Below are positions 8,377-18,443 of a stretch of DNA of 64,000 nucleotides, one piece after another; within the stretch, counting starts at the first letter, position 1; each line of letters begins with the position of its first letter. The position numbers and the translations under genes are program-made. The stretch comes from Verrucomicrobiia bacterium. GTDB lineage: Bacteria; Verrucomicrobiota; Verrucomicrobiia; Limisphaerales; UBA1319. The notes beneath the pieces were generated by a model, which saw nothing but the letters and a program-made list of their open reading frames with translations, had not been told where the DNA came from and did no database searches. Location: assembly GCA_963664225.1 (NCBI GenBank), contig OY760937.1, positions 1,792,001 through 1,856,000 on the forward strand, given 5' to 3'.

Positions 8377-8820
8377 TTAATTTTTAGGCGTGGCCACCGC
8401 ATTGCTCGTGGTGAGCAACAGATTGGTGGCGGCGGGCTTGATCGCGTTGGCCGCATTGGTCATGGCCTTGACGGGACTCTCGGCCAGGTTGGTGCTCACG
8501 ATCATCTGATTTGTCATGGCGCCGGGCAGGCCGGCCTGCTTCTTGAGCACGTCCTTCAAAAGGGATTTCTCCTGATATGACCTGTGCGCGTTGAGGACGG
8601 TGAGTGACACTGCCAACACGAAGAACAGGGTGGCCGCGTAACGTGTCAATACCGTCAACGCGTTGCCCGAGCCCGCGCCAAACAAGGCGTCCGTGGCCGC
8701 TCCCCCGAACGCGGTGCCCATGCCCGCTTCCTTTTTGGGAAGCTGCATGAGGATCAACAAAATCAGGAAGACACAGTCAATCGCCAGAATGACGGTCATT
8801 AAACCAATGAGATATCCCAT
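8377..8820 (-). CDS. secG: Preprotein translocase subunit SecG
   Basis: LILMQLPKKEAGMGTAFGG..LFG, two TM helices, downstream of tpiA. Confidence 0.92.
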   Translation of the reverse strand: MGYLIGLMTVILAIDCVFLILLILMQLPKKEAGMGTAFGGAATDALFGAGSGNALTVLTRYAATLFFVLAVSLTVLNAHRSYQEKSLLKDVLKKQAGLPGAMTNQMIVSTNLAESPVKAMTNAANAIKPAATNLLLTTSNAVATPKN

Positions 8821-8832
8821 AAGACGGCTGTA

Positions 8833-9597
8833 TTAAATACTGTTTTTTACAATGTCAGAGAAACTGCGGACTTCGAGCGCGGCACCGCCGACCAACGCGC
8901 CATCCACATCGGGCTGGCTCATCAGTTCGCGGGCGTTTGCGGCCTTCACGCTGCCACCATATTGAACGCGCACGCGACGGGCGGTTGCTTCGTCGAAGAG
9001 AGAAATCAGGGTCTTGCGGATGAACGCATGAATGTCCTGCGCCTGCTGCGTGGTCGCCGTCTTACCGGTGCCAATCGCCCAGACCGGTTCGTAAGCCAGG
9101 ACGGTCTCTTCCATTTGGGCCTTGCTCAGGCCGGCCAGACTGCCTTTGAGCTGGGTGCCAATGACGCTCTCGGCCTGTCCGGCTTCGCGTTCGGCCAATG
9201 TCTCGCCGACACACACGATGGGCTTGAGGGAGGCGGCATGGGCGGCCAGGGCCTTTTTGGCAATCAGCGCGTCCGATTCCTTCTGGAACTGACGGCGCTC
9301 CGAGTGCCCCAAAATGACGTAGCGCACCGAAAACTCGCGCAACATGGCCGCGCTGATTTCACCGGTGAACGCGCCCGCGTTGTTTTCGCTCATGTTCTGG
9401 GCGCCCAGGCGGATGTTCGAGTCCAGGATGGCCTTGGAAACCTCGCTCAAAGCGGTGAAGGGAGGACAGACGAGAATATCGACTTCCTTGACTCCGGCCA
9501 ATTCCCGGCGCAGGCCCTGGACGAGGTCCAGTGCTTCCGCCACGGTCTTGTTCATCTTCCAATTGCCGGCAATTAGTAATTTACGTTCTTTGTTCAT
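8833..9597 (-). CDS. tpiA: Triosephosphate isomerase
   Basis: AGNWKM, GHSERR, AYEPVWAIGTGK, YGGSV. Confidence 0.99.
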   Translation of the reverse strand: MNKERKLLIAGNWKMNKTVAEALDLVQGLRRELAGVKEVDILVCPPFTALSEVSKAILDSNIRLGAQNMSENNAGAFTGEISAAMLREFSVRYVILGHSERRQFQKESDALIAKKALAAHAASLKPIVCVGETLAEREAGQAESVIGTQLKGSLAGLSKAQMEETVLAYEPVWAIGTGKTATTQQAQDIHAFIRKTLISLFDEATARRVRVQYGGSVKAANARELMSQPDVDGALVGGAALEVRSFSDIVKNSI

Positions 9598-9633
9598 GCG
9601 AAAATAATTTGAAATTCGGTTCTGTAATCGTTG

Positions 9634-10890
9634 TTATTTATCGGACAACGCGGCCACGCCGGGCAGGACCTGGCCTTCGAGAAACTCGAGGCTCGCTCCG
9701 CCACCCGTGCTCATGAACGTGACCTGGTTGCCCAGTTTGGCCTTGTTGATGGCCTTGACGCTGTCGCCGCCGCCAATGATGCTCTTGGCGCCTTTTTTCT
9801 GCGTCGCCTCGGCCACCGCGCGGGCCACCGCAAAGGTGCCATCTGCAAACCGGGGATCCTCGAACATGCCCATCGGGCCGTTCCACAAAATGGTTTTGGC
9901 GTTCATCACCACATCGGCATACGCCTTCGCAGTGGCCGGACCAATATCCAGACCCGCCACGTCATCGGGGCAGTTCATGCCGGGATTGGCCGTGGGATTC
10001 TGCCATTCGATGATCGCCTTGCCTTTTTTATCGAGCTTGTCGGTTTTCACCGGCTTGGCCACCACATCATCCACAGGCAGGAGGAATTTCACGCCCTTGG
10101 CTTTCGCCTTGGCGAGGGCCGCATTGGCGGTATCGACCTTGTCGGCTTCGACGAGCGACTTGCCCACCTTGTATCCCTGGGCCAAACGGAACGTATAGGC
10201 CATGGCGCCGCCGATCAGGATCGCGTCCGCCTTTTCAAGCAAACGGTCAATGACCTTGATCTTATCGGAAACCTTGGCGCCGCCGAGGATCACAACAAAC
10301 GGACGGGCGGGATTTTCCAATTCATCGCCCAAAAACTTCAATTCGCGCTCCATCAAAAGTCCGGCCGCGCATTGGCCACCGCGGGCGGCCACCACACGGG
10401 CCACACCCTCGGTCGAGGCGTGCGCGCGATGAGCCGCACCAAACGCGTCGTTCACATATACTTCGGCCACCTTGGCCATCTTCGCGGCGAACGCCGGTTC
10501 GTTGGCTTCCTCTTCGTTGTAATAGCGCACGTTCTCCAGCAACAGGATGTCGCCGTTCTGCAGGGCTGCGGCTGTCTTTTCAACCTTCTCGCCAATGCAA
10601 TCATCAACAAACGCCACGGGACGGTTGATCATTTCAGCCAGCCTGGCCGCCACGGGACGCAGCGACATGGACGGCTCTTTCTTGCCCTTGGGCCGACCCA
10701 AATGGGCGGCCAGAATGATTTTGGCTTCGTTCTTGATAAGCCATTCCAACGTGGGGAGGGTTTCCTTGATGCGGGTGGAATCATTGATGACCATCTGGCC
10801 ATCTTTCTCCTCCATGGGCACGTTGTAGTCAACGCGGACAAAGACGCGCTTGCCGCGAACGTTCAAATCTCGAATGGTTAATTTAGCCAT
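9634..10890 (-). CDS. pgk: Phosphoglycerate kinase
   Basis: [42 protein letters not shown]. Confidence 0.99.
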   Translation of the reverse strand: MAKLTIRDLNVRGKRVFVRVDYNVPMEEKDGQMVINDSTRIKETLPTLEWLIKNEAKIILAAHLGRPKGKKEPSMSLRPVAARLAEMINRPVAFVDDCIGEKVEKTAAALQNGDILLLENVRYYNEEEANEPAFAAKMAKVAEVYVNDAFGAAHRAHASTEGVARVVAARGGQCAAGLLMERELKFLGDELENPARPFVVILGGAKVSDKIKVIDRLLEKADAILIGGAMAYTFRLAQGYKVGKSLVEADKVDTANAALAKAKAKGVKFLLPVDDVVAKPVKTDKLDKKGKAIIEWQNPTANPGMNCPDDVAGLDIGPATAKAYADVVMNAKTILWNGPMGMFEDPRFADGTFAVARAVAEATQKKGAKSIIGGGDSVKAINKAKLGNQVTFMSTGGGASLEFLEGQVLPGVAALSDK

Positions 10891-11001
10891 AACTCGTAAA
10901 TAAGTCAGGGATCATACCGAATCCCCTCCCCGAGTCAAAGTGAAATAAAAAACGAAAAAAACGTCGCACCCGCCCGCATTCCCACGCGCCCGCAGGAAAT
11001 G

Positions 11002-11030
11002 AAAAAGGCGCCCCATGCAAAAGGGCGCCT
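11002..11030 (-). terminator. Intrinsic terminator after pfk
   Basis: Stem AGGCGCCC/GGGCGCCT followed by a T-run on minus strand. Confidence 0.8.
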
Positions 11031-11072
11031 CGATTAAAACGGTTACAGGCCTGCCTGTATGCGATCCGACTC

Positions 11073-12341
11073 CTAGCGGGGAGGCAGCTTCTTCTCCAGC
11101 TTGTTCTTTTCAAGCACGGCGAATTTCGGCAGTCCGCCTTCCATGGGAATCTTGACTTCGCCCTCGATCAGGGGACGCGCATACTCGATAAACTTGTCGT
11201 TGGGCATCATCCCGTCCTCCTCGATCCAGTCGCGGGGGATGAAATGCTCGACATTGGCCACTTCGGCCAGGTCATGCAGATCCGTCGTCCACTGGTAAGG
11301 CAGGTTTTGCTTGCGAACGATTTTCACCATGAAACCGCTCTTGCCGGAAATCGCGGCGCGCACGGCCGTTTCGCCGCAGGCGGTCGCCTCGGTGATATCG
11401 GTCTGGCTCGAGAAATGGGAGGCCGCCCGCTGGGCGTAACCCAATTTGACGGTGCGGGTCTTGGTGTTGAGCTTGCCTTGCACAATCTCCGCCAGGCGAT
11501 CCGCCGCGCCCGAAAGCACAGGGTGACCGAAGGAGTCCAGACGCGTCTTGTCAGCGCCGATTTCCTCACCGGCGGCGTTCTTCAGGCCTTCGCCCACGAC
11601 GACGATGCAATACTTGAGCGTGTCCACGGTGGCCTTGACCTTGTCGAGGAACTTCTGTTCGTCGAAGGGCAATTCCGGGAGCAAAACAATGTGGGGGGCA
11701 TCGGTGGTCTGGCGGCGGGCCAGGGCGGTGCCGGCCGCGATCCAACCTGCGGAGCGGCCCATAACCTCGATGATGCAGCAGGATCCGTCGTCGGTAGCCA
11801 TGCTCGAAACATCGGCGGCGACTTCCATCACAGTGACGGCGTTGTATTTGATCACGGAACCGAAGCCGGGGCAGTGGTCCGTGTGGGGCAGATCGTTGTC
11901 GATGGTCTTGGGCACACCGATCACACGCATGGTATAGCCGCGCTTGACGGCTTCCTCGTGGATTTTGTGCGAGGTGTCCTGGCTGTCATTGCCACCGGCG
12001 TAAAAGAAGAAGCGGATGTTGTGCGCTTCGAATACCTGGAACAAACGGTCCATGTCCTTGGCCGCGGCTTCAGGCTTCTTCTTGAAATCGATTTTGTAAC
12101 GGCAGGTGCCCAGGGCGGCCGCAGGCGTGTATTTCAAACCTTCGATCGTCCGGGCTTTCTCTTCGTTCAGGTCGATGATTTCCTCGTTGAGGATGCCCAG
12201 AATGCCATTGGCGCCTCCATAGATTTCCTCAATGCATTCATGCCGACCCGCCTCTTGGATAACACCAGCAACGCTGGCGTTAATGGCGGCAGTGGGCCCG
12301 CCCGATTGGGCAACGAGTAAATTTCCAGTCAATTCGGCCAT
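11073..12341 (-). CDS. pfp: 6-phosphofructokinase, probably PPi-dependent
   Basis: QSGG, GGNDS (Asp) and PKTIDND (Lys) are PPi-type signature residues; EVMGR. Confidence 0.88.
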   Translation of the reverse strand: MAELTGNLLVAQSGGPTAAINASVAGVIQEAGRHECIEEIYGGANGILGILNEEIIDLNEEKARTIEGLKYTPAAALGTCRYKIDFKKKPEAAAKDMDRLFQVFEAHNIRFFFYAGGNDSQDTSHKIHEEAVKRGYTMRVIGVPKTIDNDLPHTDHCPGFGSVIKYNAVTVMEVAADVSSMATDDGSCCIIEVMGRSAGWIAAGTALARRQTTDAPHIVLLPELPFDEQKFLDKVKATVDTLKYCIVVVGEGLKNAAGEEIGADKTRLDSFGHPVLSGAADRLAEIVQGKLNTKTRTVKLGYAQRAASHFSSQTDITEATACGETAVRAAISGKSGFMVKIVRKQNLPYQWTTDLHDLAEVANVEHFIPRDWIEEDGMMPNDKFIEYARPLIEGEVKIPMEGGLPKFAVLEKNKLEKKLPPR

Positions 12342-12485
12342 AATATTCTTCAAGTTAACCCGGGCGCGCGACTACATTCATGCTTCGACACGTTAACGAC
12401 CCGGCGTGTATCAATCAGTTGGATAACCTGCCAACCCAATGCCCCACTGTCAAAGCGGAATTCTTAGAGATTTTGGGTCGCCTCC

Positions 12486-12758
12486 CTAATCGACGTCGAT
12501 CGCCTTGCCGCCTTCCCTCTTATCGTAACTGCGAAAAGCAAACATCGTCTCGCTGTCCACCACCCCTTCCGTCCTGAGAATGTGGTCGGTGATCAGGCAC
12601 TCGATCTTGTCCAGCGATTCACATTTGATGACCACCATCAGGTCGTAGCGGCCGGAAATGGAATACACCTCCGTGATGTCGTGGAGATCCAGCAGCTTTT
12701 CTGCCGTTCCAGTAACCTTGTTATGGTCGATTTTCAGAAGGACGATTGCAGTAGGCAT
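12486..12758 (-). CDS. Stand-alone Lrp/AsnC ligand-binding (RAM) domain protein
   Basis: 90 aa, EVYSISGRYDL, GVVDSET; no HTH. Confidence 0.85.
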   Translation of the reverse strand: MPTAIVLLKIDHNKVTGTAEKLLDLHDITEVYSISGRYDLMVVIKCESLDKIECLITDHILRTEGVVDSETMFAFRSYDKREGGKAIDVD

Positions 12759-13045
12759 AAATTATTACGGATTTTATCTGACGATCGATTCAGCCGCCAA
12801 CACTCCTGGGCAGCATGGCGTTGAACCAACAAAAACCATAAAACGTGGCCAAAAGCAATCGCCAACGGCGAGTTTTTGACCGGTTCTTTGAACGCCTGAT
12901 TTGAATAGGGCCACCGAAGATCGGCGCCCAAAAACGTTTGGGGTGGTCAGGATCTTCAGGGTGGCTCTGTGGCACATAAAACACCAAAAATATCCATGAA
13001 TGTTCTTGCACTGCATCGCGTCCAATTTACAACTTTCACAACCCT

Positions 13046-13528
13046 ATGACTCACAAGATCAACCGCAGAGAACTGCTCCAGGGGGCTGCTGTGCTGACAG
13101 GAGGTTTGTGCGCCTGTTCGCTGGCCGGTTGCGCCTCACACCCCAAAGCCACTGCCTGCATCACTCCCGCCCTGGAATCCGACAGCGTCACGTTGACGGA
13201 TCAGGCCATCACCATTGACCTGGCCAAAGCGCCCTCGCTATCGGTTGTCGGCAGCGCGGCCTTCCATGTGGACCCGGCCAAAGACCTCCAAATCATCGTC
13301 ATCCGACCACGGGACCGCGAATATCGCGCCCTGTCGCGGCTCTGCACCCATGCCCATCAAGTCCTCAGCTACAACCACGCCCGAGGCGTCCTCCAATGCA
13401 ATGGCTTCAACCATTCCCTATTCGCCCTCGACGGTCTCCCGCTCAAAGGGCCTGCCTCCGATCCCTTGAAAACCTTTCCCGTAACCTTGAAAGACAACTT
13501 GCTGGTCATCTCTCTAAACGCCGCATAA
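13046..13528 (+). CDS. Tat-exported Rieske (2Fe-2S)-like (lipo)protein
   Basis: NRRELL Tat motif, LAGC lipobox, ALSRLCTH box 1, GPA..PL tail. Confidence 0.85.
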   Translation: MTHKINRRELLQGAAVLTGGLCACSLAGCASHPKATACITPALESDSVTLTDQAITIDLAKAPSLSVVGSAAFHVDPAKDLQIIVIRPRDREYRALSRLCTHAHQVLSYNHARGVLQCNGFNHSLFALDGLPLKGPASDPLKTFPVTLKDNLLVISLNAA

Positions 13529-13546
13529 CCCCTGACTCGAGCTTTT

Positions 13547-14371
13547 ATGAATCGATTCTTGTTGATGCTGGTCGTTGCGCTGGTTGCCGGCTCCGCACGC
13601 GCATCGGATGTTCCACCAAAGGGCCAGTCCTGGCGAAATCCAAAGGACGGGATGACTTTTGTCCGGGTTCCTGCCGGATCTTTCGACGTGCAACCGGCGG
13701 ACGGCGAATCCTCACAAACCGCCAATCCCACCAAATCCACCAACACCACCATCCGTTTTCCCAAGGGATTCTGGATGGCGCGCACGGAGACCACTGTGGG
13801 CCAATTCCGGCGTTTTGTCCGACAAACGGGTTATGTCACAGACGCTGAAAAGGCAAAAAGCCGGCTTGTGTGGAGTTCTCCCGGTTTTAAACAGACAGAC
13901 AAACACCCGGTCGTCTTTCTGAGTTATCAGGACGCATTGAACTACGCCCGGTGGGCCGATGTCGATCTGCCCACCGAACAGGAATGGCTCTATGCCTGCC
14001 GGGCTGGAACCACGTCGCAATTTTATTGGGGCGATGCGTTGGACGATCGGTTTGTCTGGCACCGCGCCAACACCGGCGGAACCGGCACCCGGCCTGTGGC
14101 CAGAAAACGTCCAAACGCCTGGGGTCTATATGACATGGTGGGCAACGCCTGGGAATACTGCCGTGTCGATGAGGTCTGCTATGTATTCCGGGGCAGTTCC
14201 TGGACCCGTTGCCCGGAATACCGCACCCGCCAGGGTTTTATGGCCACAAACCTGATCGCCGATGGCGTTGCAAACAAGCTGACCCGCCACGAACATCCCA
14301 ATCCAGCGCCTCCCTATCCCTGGGATGATGACCGCGGCTTTCGGTGCGTCCTGCACGGAGCCCCGCGATGA
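13547..14371 (+). CDS. Secreted SUMF1/FGE-sulfatase domain protein
   Basis: Signal peptide; TETTVGQF, LPTEQEW.YACRAG, PNAWGLYDMVGNAWE, GFRC. Confidence 0.9.
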   Translation: MNRFLLMLVVALVAGSARASDVPPKGQSWRNPKDGMTFVRVPAGSFDVQPADGESSQTANPTKSTNTTIRFPKGFWMARTETTVGQFRRFVRQTGYVTDAEKAKSRLVWSSPGFKQTDKHPVVFLSYQDALNYARWADVDLPTEQEWLYACRAGTTSQFYWGDALDDRFVWHRANTGGTGTRPVARKRPNAWGLYDMVGNAWEYCRVDEVCYVFRGSSWTRCPEYRTRQGFMATNLIADGVANKLTRHEHPNPAPPYPWDDDRGFRCVLHGAPR

Positions 14372-14478
14372 TCCCGCCGCGCTCATTCCTCCGCGCCAAA
14401 CCGCACGTGTCGGGCTTGCATTCCTTTTTTCTTGAGGCTGGACAGGCCCCGCCCAGTCTGGCAGAACCCCTCACATCA

Positions 14479-17031
14479 ATGACACACCGGAGCAATCCAA
14501 TCGTTCCAATAGTTCCAATCGCACTCGCCTGCCTCATGGCGATTTGGGCCTTTTGCGGAATCCGTTCGGAGGCGCAGACCTGGACTCAAGTTCTGTCCGA
14601 TGCACGTGACGCGGAGTTCTCGGAACTTTCCACGGATCTGACCAACCGCGCCTGGTTTTCAAAAATCGCAGAGCAGGCCTATCGCCCGGAGGCCTTGATA
14701 CAGGATGCCGATCGCGATCCTCTGGATGTGGTGATCAGGCGGACAAGCGCTCTACTGAAAGATGCCAAGGGCGCATCCTCAAAACTCGGCCCGCTGGAGC
14801 AACAGCTATCCGCCTTGAAATCGGCTGCCGGGAATACGGCCATCACCAATCAAACGGCGCGTCGGGCCCTTTTCAATCAAGCCTGTGACTTGCGCCGCGA
14901 GATCGCCTTCAGCAATCCCGCGCTCAATTTCCAGAGTCTGCTCTTTACCATGTCCAAGAGTTCGGGCGGCGACTACCACATGTGCGACCAGTATTATGGC
15001 GGATACGCCCGGCCCGGAGGCAGCCTTTACATCCTGAACAAACCTTTCGGGCAAAATCCCAACCTCATCAATCCGCTGGCAAACTCCATCGTCGGGCAGG
15101 GTCGGCTCAAGGGCCAAAAACTCCAAAGCGGCATGTTCCTGAACGCCTCGCTCTCCTATGACGGCCAGTGGATCGTATTCGCCTATTCCGAGTGCGGCCT
15201 GAATACCACGAACCCGGCCCCCAGACCCTACGGACAGGCCATCTGGTCACAGGAGCATTCGTTCCATATTTTCAAAGTCAAAACCGACGGCACCAGTCTG
15301 GCGCAATTGACCGATGGCCCGTGGAACGATGTGCATCCCTGCTGGCTCCCGGATGGCCGCATTGTCTTTATTTCCGAACGCCGCGGTGGTTTTCTGCGCT
15401 GCTCCGGGGACCGCCCCTGCCCTGGTTACACCCTCCATGCCATGGATGCGGATGGCGGGCGCATGGTCCGATTGAGTTACCATGAAACCAACGAATGGCT
15501 GCCCTCCGTCAACAACGACGGCATGATCGTTTACACCCGGTGGGATTACGTGGATCGCGGCGCGGACACCGCCCATCATCCCTGGATCACCACCCCCGAT
15601 GGCCGCGATCCCAGAGCCATCCAAGGCAATTATAAAAAGCAGCATAACAGCGCGCCGGACATGGAACTGTATATGCGGGCGATCCCCGGCTCGCATCGCT
15701 ACATGGCGCTCGCAGCCCCGCACCATGGCGCCGCCTATGGCTCGCTGATTGTGATTGATCCCCGTGTGCCCGATGACGACGCCATGGCGTCCGTCAAGCG
15801 CTTCACGCCGGAGGAAGGATTCCCGGAAATGGCCGTGACCCGTGATTACCAGGGCAAGGACTGTCCTGACCGGCTTGGTCACGATGGCTTTGGCTGGAGC
15901 GCCCCTGTGGAAACAAGCCACCAACGCTATGGAGCCGCCTGGCCGCTTTCGGAAAAAGTCTGCCTGACCACGCGCGATCAGGGTTTGTTCTTGGTGGACG
16001 CGTTTGGGAATCGAGAGCTGCTTTTCAGAACAAACGATTGGTATTGCCTGGGGCCGGTGCCTTTGCAATCGCGCCCCGCGCCTCCCATCATTCCAGCGGT
16101 GGGGGAACCGCCTCTTTTGGCGAACCATCCTTCCTGGACCCGCATCGGCGATGAGCACCCGCTCGATGCAAAAAGTGTCGGCGCGACCGCCAAAGCCATC
16201 GTGGGCGTCGCCAACGTTTACGACAGCCGCTATCCATTGCCTGAAGGCACCAAAATCAAATCGATGCGCATCATCCAAGTCCTGCCCAAGACCACCGTGC
16301 TGCATCAGGACCCCTGGATTGGTTATGGTCGCGAGACCGGCGCCAGGGCTGTGCTGGGGACTGTTCCGGTCGAAGCGGATGGCAGCGTTCAGTTTTACCT
16401 GCCACCCGGCAAATCCGTTTATTTCCAGGTGCTCGACGACAAAGGCCGCGCGGTGCAATCCATGAAAAGCGCCACCTACGCGCACGGGGGCGAGACCCTC
16501 TTATGCGCCGGCTGTCACGAATCGAAAAACCAGGCCCTGCCCCGCAAAGCCACAGCCACGCCCATCGCATTCCGCAGGCAGCCCTCGGAAATCGCACCCG
16601 AACCGGACGGATCCAATCCCTTCAGTTTTGCCCGCCTGGTGCAACCGGTTTTAAACCGTCAGTGCATCGGTTGCCATGATGGAACCAAAGACACGGGGCA
16701 TTCCTTCGAGTTAAGACCCGGCGGCTGGGATCAGGACCGTTACAAGTGGTTTGCATCCTACCGCAATCTCCACCCCTACGCCTCGCACAGCGGAGCCGAT
16801 GGCGAAGGCTTCGATTTGTGGGAACAAACCAGAAGCATTCCGGGCAAGGTGGGCGCGCGCGCCTCGAAGCTGCTTCCTCTGCTCGAAAACAAACATCAGG
16901 GCGTGACTCTTTCCGACGACGATCATCGGCGCCTCGTGGTGTGGCTGGACGCCAATTCGGACTTCTTTGGCGCCTACGAAAACATTGAAGCCCAGGCGCG
17001 CGGCGAAGTGGTGCAACCCAAATTGCAGTAA
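14479..17031 (+). CDS. HzsA-related protein (beta-propeller + hydrazine synthase alpha middle-like domain + 2 CxxCH)
   Basis: PD40/TolB-like repeats (DVHPCWLPDGRIVFISER, YTRWDYVDR), GTVPVEADGS..FQVLD..GRAVQSM, CAGCH and CIGCH. Confidence 0.85.
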   Translation: MTHRSNPIVPIVPIALACLMAIWAFCGIRSEAQTWTQVLSDARDAEFSELSTDLTNRAWFSKIAEQAYRPEALIQDADRDPLDVVIRRTSALLKDAKGASSKLGPLEQQLSALKSAAGNTAITNQTARRALFNQACDLRREIAFSNPALNFQSLLFTMSKSSGGDYHMCDQYYGGYARPGGSLYILNKPFGQNPNLINPLANSIVGQGRLKGQKLQSGMFLNASLSYDGQWIVFAYSECGLNTTNPAPRPYGQAIWSQEHSFHIFKVKTDGTSLAQLTDGPWNDVHPCWLPDGRIVFISERRGGFLRCSGDRPCPGYTLHAMDADGGRMVRLSYHETNEWLPSVNNDGMIVYTRWDYVDRGADTAHHPWITTPDGRDPRAIQGNYKKQHNSAPDMELYMRAIPGSHRYMALAAPHHGAAYGSLIVIDPRVPDDDAMASVKRFTPEEGFPEMAVTRDYQGKDCPDRLGHDGFGWSAPVETSHQRYGAAWPLSEKVCLTTRDQGLFLVDAFGNRELLFRTNDWYCLGPVPLQSRPAPPIIPAVGEPPLLANHPSWTRIGDEHPLDAKSVGATAKAIVGVANVYDSRYPLPEGTKIKSMRIIQVLPKTTVLHQDPWIGYGRETGARAVLGTVPVEADGSVQFYLPPGKSVYFQVLDDKGRAVQSMKSATYAHGGETLLCAGCHESKNQALPRKATATPIAFRRQPSEIAPEPDGSNPFSFARLVQPVLNRQCIGCHDGTKDTGHSFELRPGGWDQDRYKWFASYRNLHPYASHSGADGEGFDLWEQTRSIPGKVGARASKLLPLLENKHQGVTLSDDDHRRLVVWLDANSDFFGAYENIEAQARGEVVQPKLQ

Positions 17032-17133
17032 CTCAAGGGCGGAATCGCGCCACCTATGGGACGCGGACTGGCCCTTTAAAAAAAATGGAAACGCCTTTGA
17101 AAACGTTTCCATCACGGATTCGGCAAATACTGG

Positions 17134-17457
17134 CTACTTGGTTTTCTTTTCAGGAACGAAATAGAGCACGAAATGCATGTTTGTGGACAATGACAGCGTG
17201 GGAAACAGGGTTTCGAGGACCTGCATGCCATTGTCGTAATCTGGTTCAAACCTGAATTCGTCCCCCTTCTCGAGGGTTCTCGTGCCGACCATCTTCCCGG
17301 AAGATGTCTCCATGAGAATGGCGGTGCCGTTCTGGGGTGCGTTCCATTTGATGGTGAGCCCGCCGCCGACCTTCTGGGCGCCGCTGGGAAGAGAGCATGT
17401 GGCGCATCCCGAAAGAATGCACAGAGCGGCCATCGCGGCCATTGGTTTGAATTTCAT
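17134..17457 (-). CDS. Small lipoprotein, unknown function
   Basis: MKFKPMAAMAALCILSGC lipobox. Confidence 0.7.
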   Translation of the reverse strand: MKFKPMAAMAALCILSGCATCSLPSGAQKVGGGLTIKWNAPQNGTAILMETSSGKMVGTRTLEKGDEFRFEPDYDNGMQVLETLFPTLSLSTNMHFVLYFVPEKKTK

Positions 17458-17737
17458 ATCCGTATTTGAGGTGATTATGTTTATTCCAGCCCTAAATTTC
17501 TGCATCAGGCGCGCTTCTTAATCCCGCGCATCGTCGCGCGCGACCTTATGCATATCCGGCATACATGCAAGGCGATTTATAATTCTGCACAGCGGTTAGC
17601 GCTTGTGCCACAGCAGCTTTTGTTGATATATGCGGAAGCTGACCCGGGTTGTCATCGCTCTTATCAGAGCATTACCAGAGGATCCATTACATTTTGGTTG
17701 ACGGTATGAGCCTTGAAAATACTATTGATGGACTAAT

Positions 17738-18433
17738 ATGAACATGCGTATTTGTGCGGTTTCAGTGGCGGCAATGCTTGCCACGGCAGGCCAGGTTTGG
17801 TCCGCTGTTCTCTACGTCAATGATTTGGCGGGGTACGACACCGCCATTGGAGGCCTCTCGTTGGCCGGAACGGAAAACTTCGAGAGTCTTTTCCCCACCG
17901 GAGGGTCGTTCGAGGATCTGGGCAGTCTGAGCGGCACTGTGATCAACGCTGGCTTGGGTCTGAAAGTGACAGCCTCAAGCGGCAACTTGGGTGGGGTGGG
18001 CAGCACATTTGGCCTGGGAGCTGACTCGAACTCGCTCTGGGATGGAAATTACGGAACCCTGACAGTGGAGTTGGCTCCTTCCTCCGGCAAGCCCGTGCTG
18101 GGTCTCAGTCTTAACGTGCTATCCTGGAATGACACTTTGGGAGCTGCTGGCACGCCAGACATTAAGGTATATAACCTCTCGGGAACCCTGATTGGCTCCG
18201 GCACCGTTGCGGCCTCAACCATGGCCAGTGCCAGCGGTTTCGTGGGCATTGTCGCTAGTCCCGGGGAATCCATTGGTAAGATTGTCCTCACCCCCACTTT
18301 GGATTACACCGTGGGCGTGGATAATTTCGCGGCAGCCGTCCCCGAACCCGCCACTTATACGCTGGCTTTGGGGATATGCGCTCTGGGTGTGGGCTTTGTG
18401 AGACGATGCCGCCGTTCAAATTCGCGGGCGTAA
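17738..18433 (+). CDS. PEP-CTERM sorting domain protein
   Basis: Signal peptide; C-terminal VPEP + TM helix + RRCRR basic tail. Confidence 0.93.
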   Translation: MNMRICAVSVAAMLATAGQVWSAVLYVNDLAGYDTAIGGLSLAGTENFESLFPTGGSFEDLGSLSGTVINAGLGLKVTASSGNLGGVGSTFGLGADSNSLWDGNYGTLTVELAPSSGKPVLGLSLNVLSWNDTLGAAGTPDIKVYNLSGTLIGSGTVAASTMASASGFVGIVASPGESIGKIVLTPTLDYTVGVDNFAAAVPEPATYTLALGICALGVGFVRRCRRSNSRA

Positions 18434-18443
18434 TCGGATCTTG

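Noticed and set aside
9631..12320. Long plus-strand ORFs opposite pgk and pfk (similarly 34772-36967, 41245-42300, 32844-34172)
   Set aside because: Codon-bias shadows of well-supported genes, with no recognisable motifs
14479..17031. Anammox hydrazine synthase
   Set aside because: No hzsB/hzsC or hao neighbours; only a distant HzsA-like architecture
17590..17610. Sigma-54 promoter near the PEP-CTERM gene (TGGCAC on minus strand)
   Set aside because: Wrong orientation for that gene and no -12 TTGC element
17668..17700. CTCTTATCAGAG resembling the start of a SAM-I riboswitch
   Set aside because: Remaining SAM-I elements (GAGGGA..GCCC, GCAACC, GGTGC) not found
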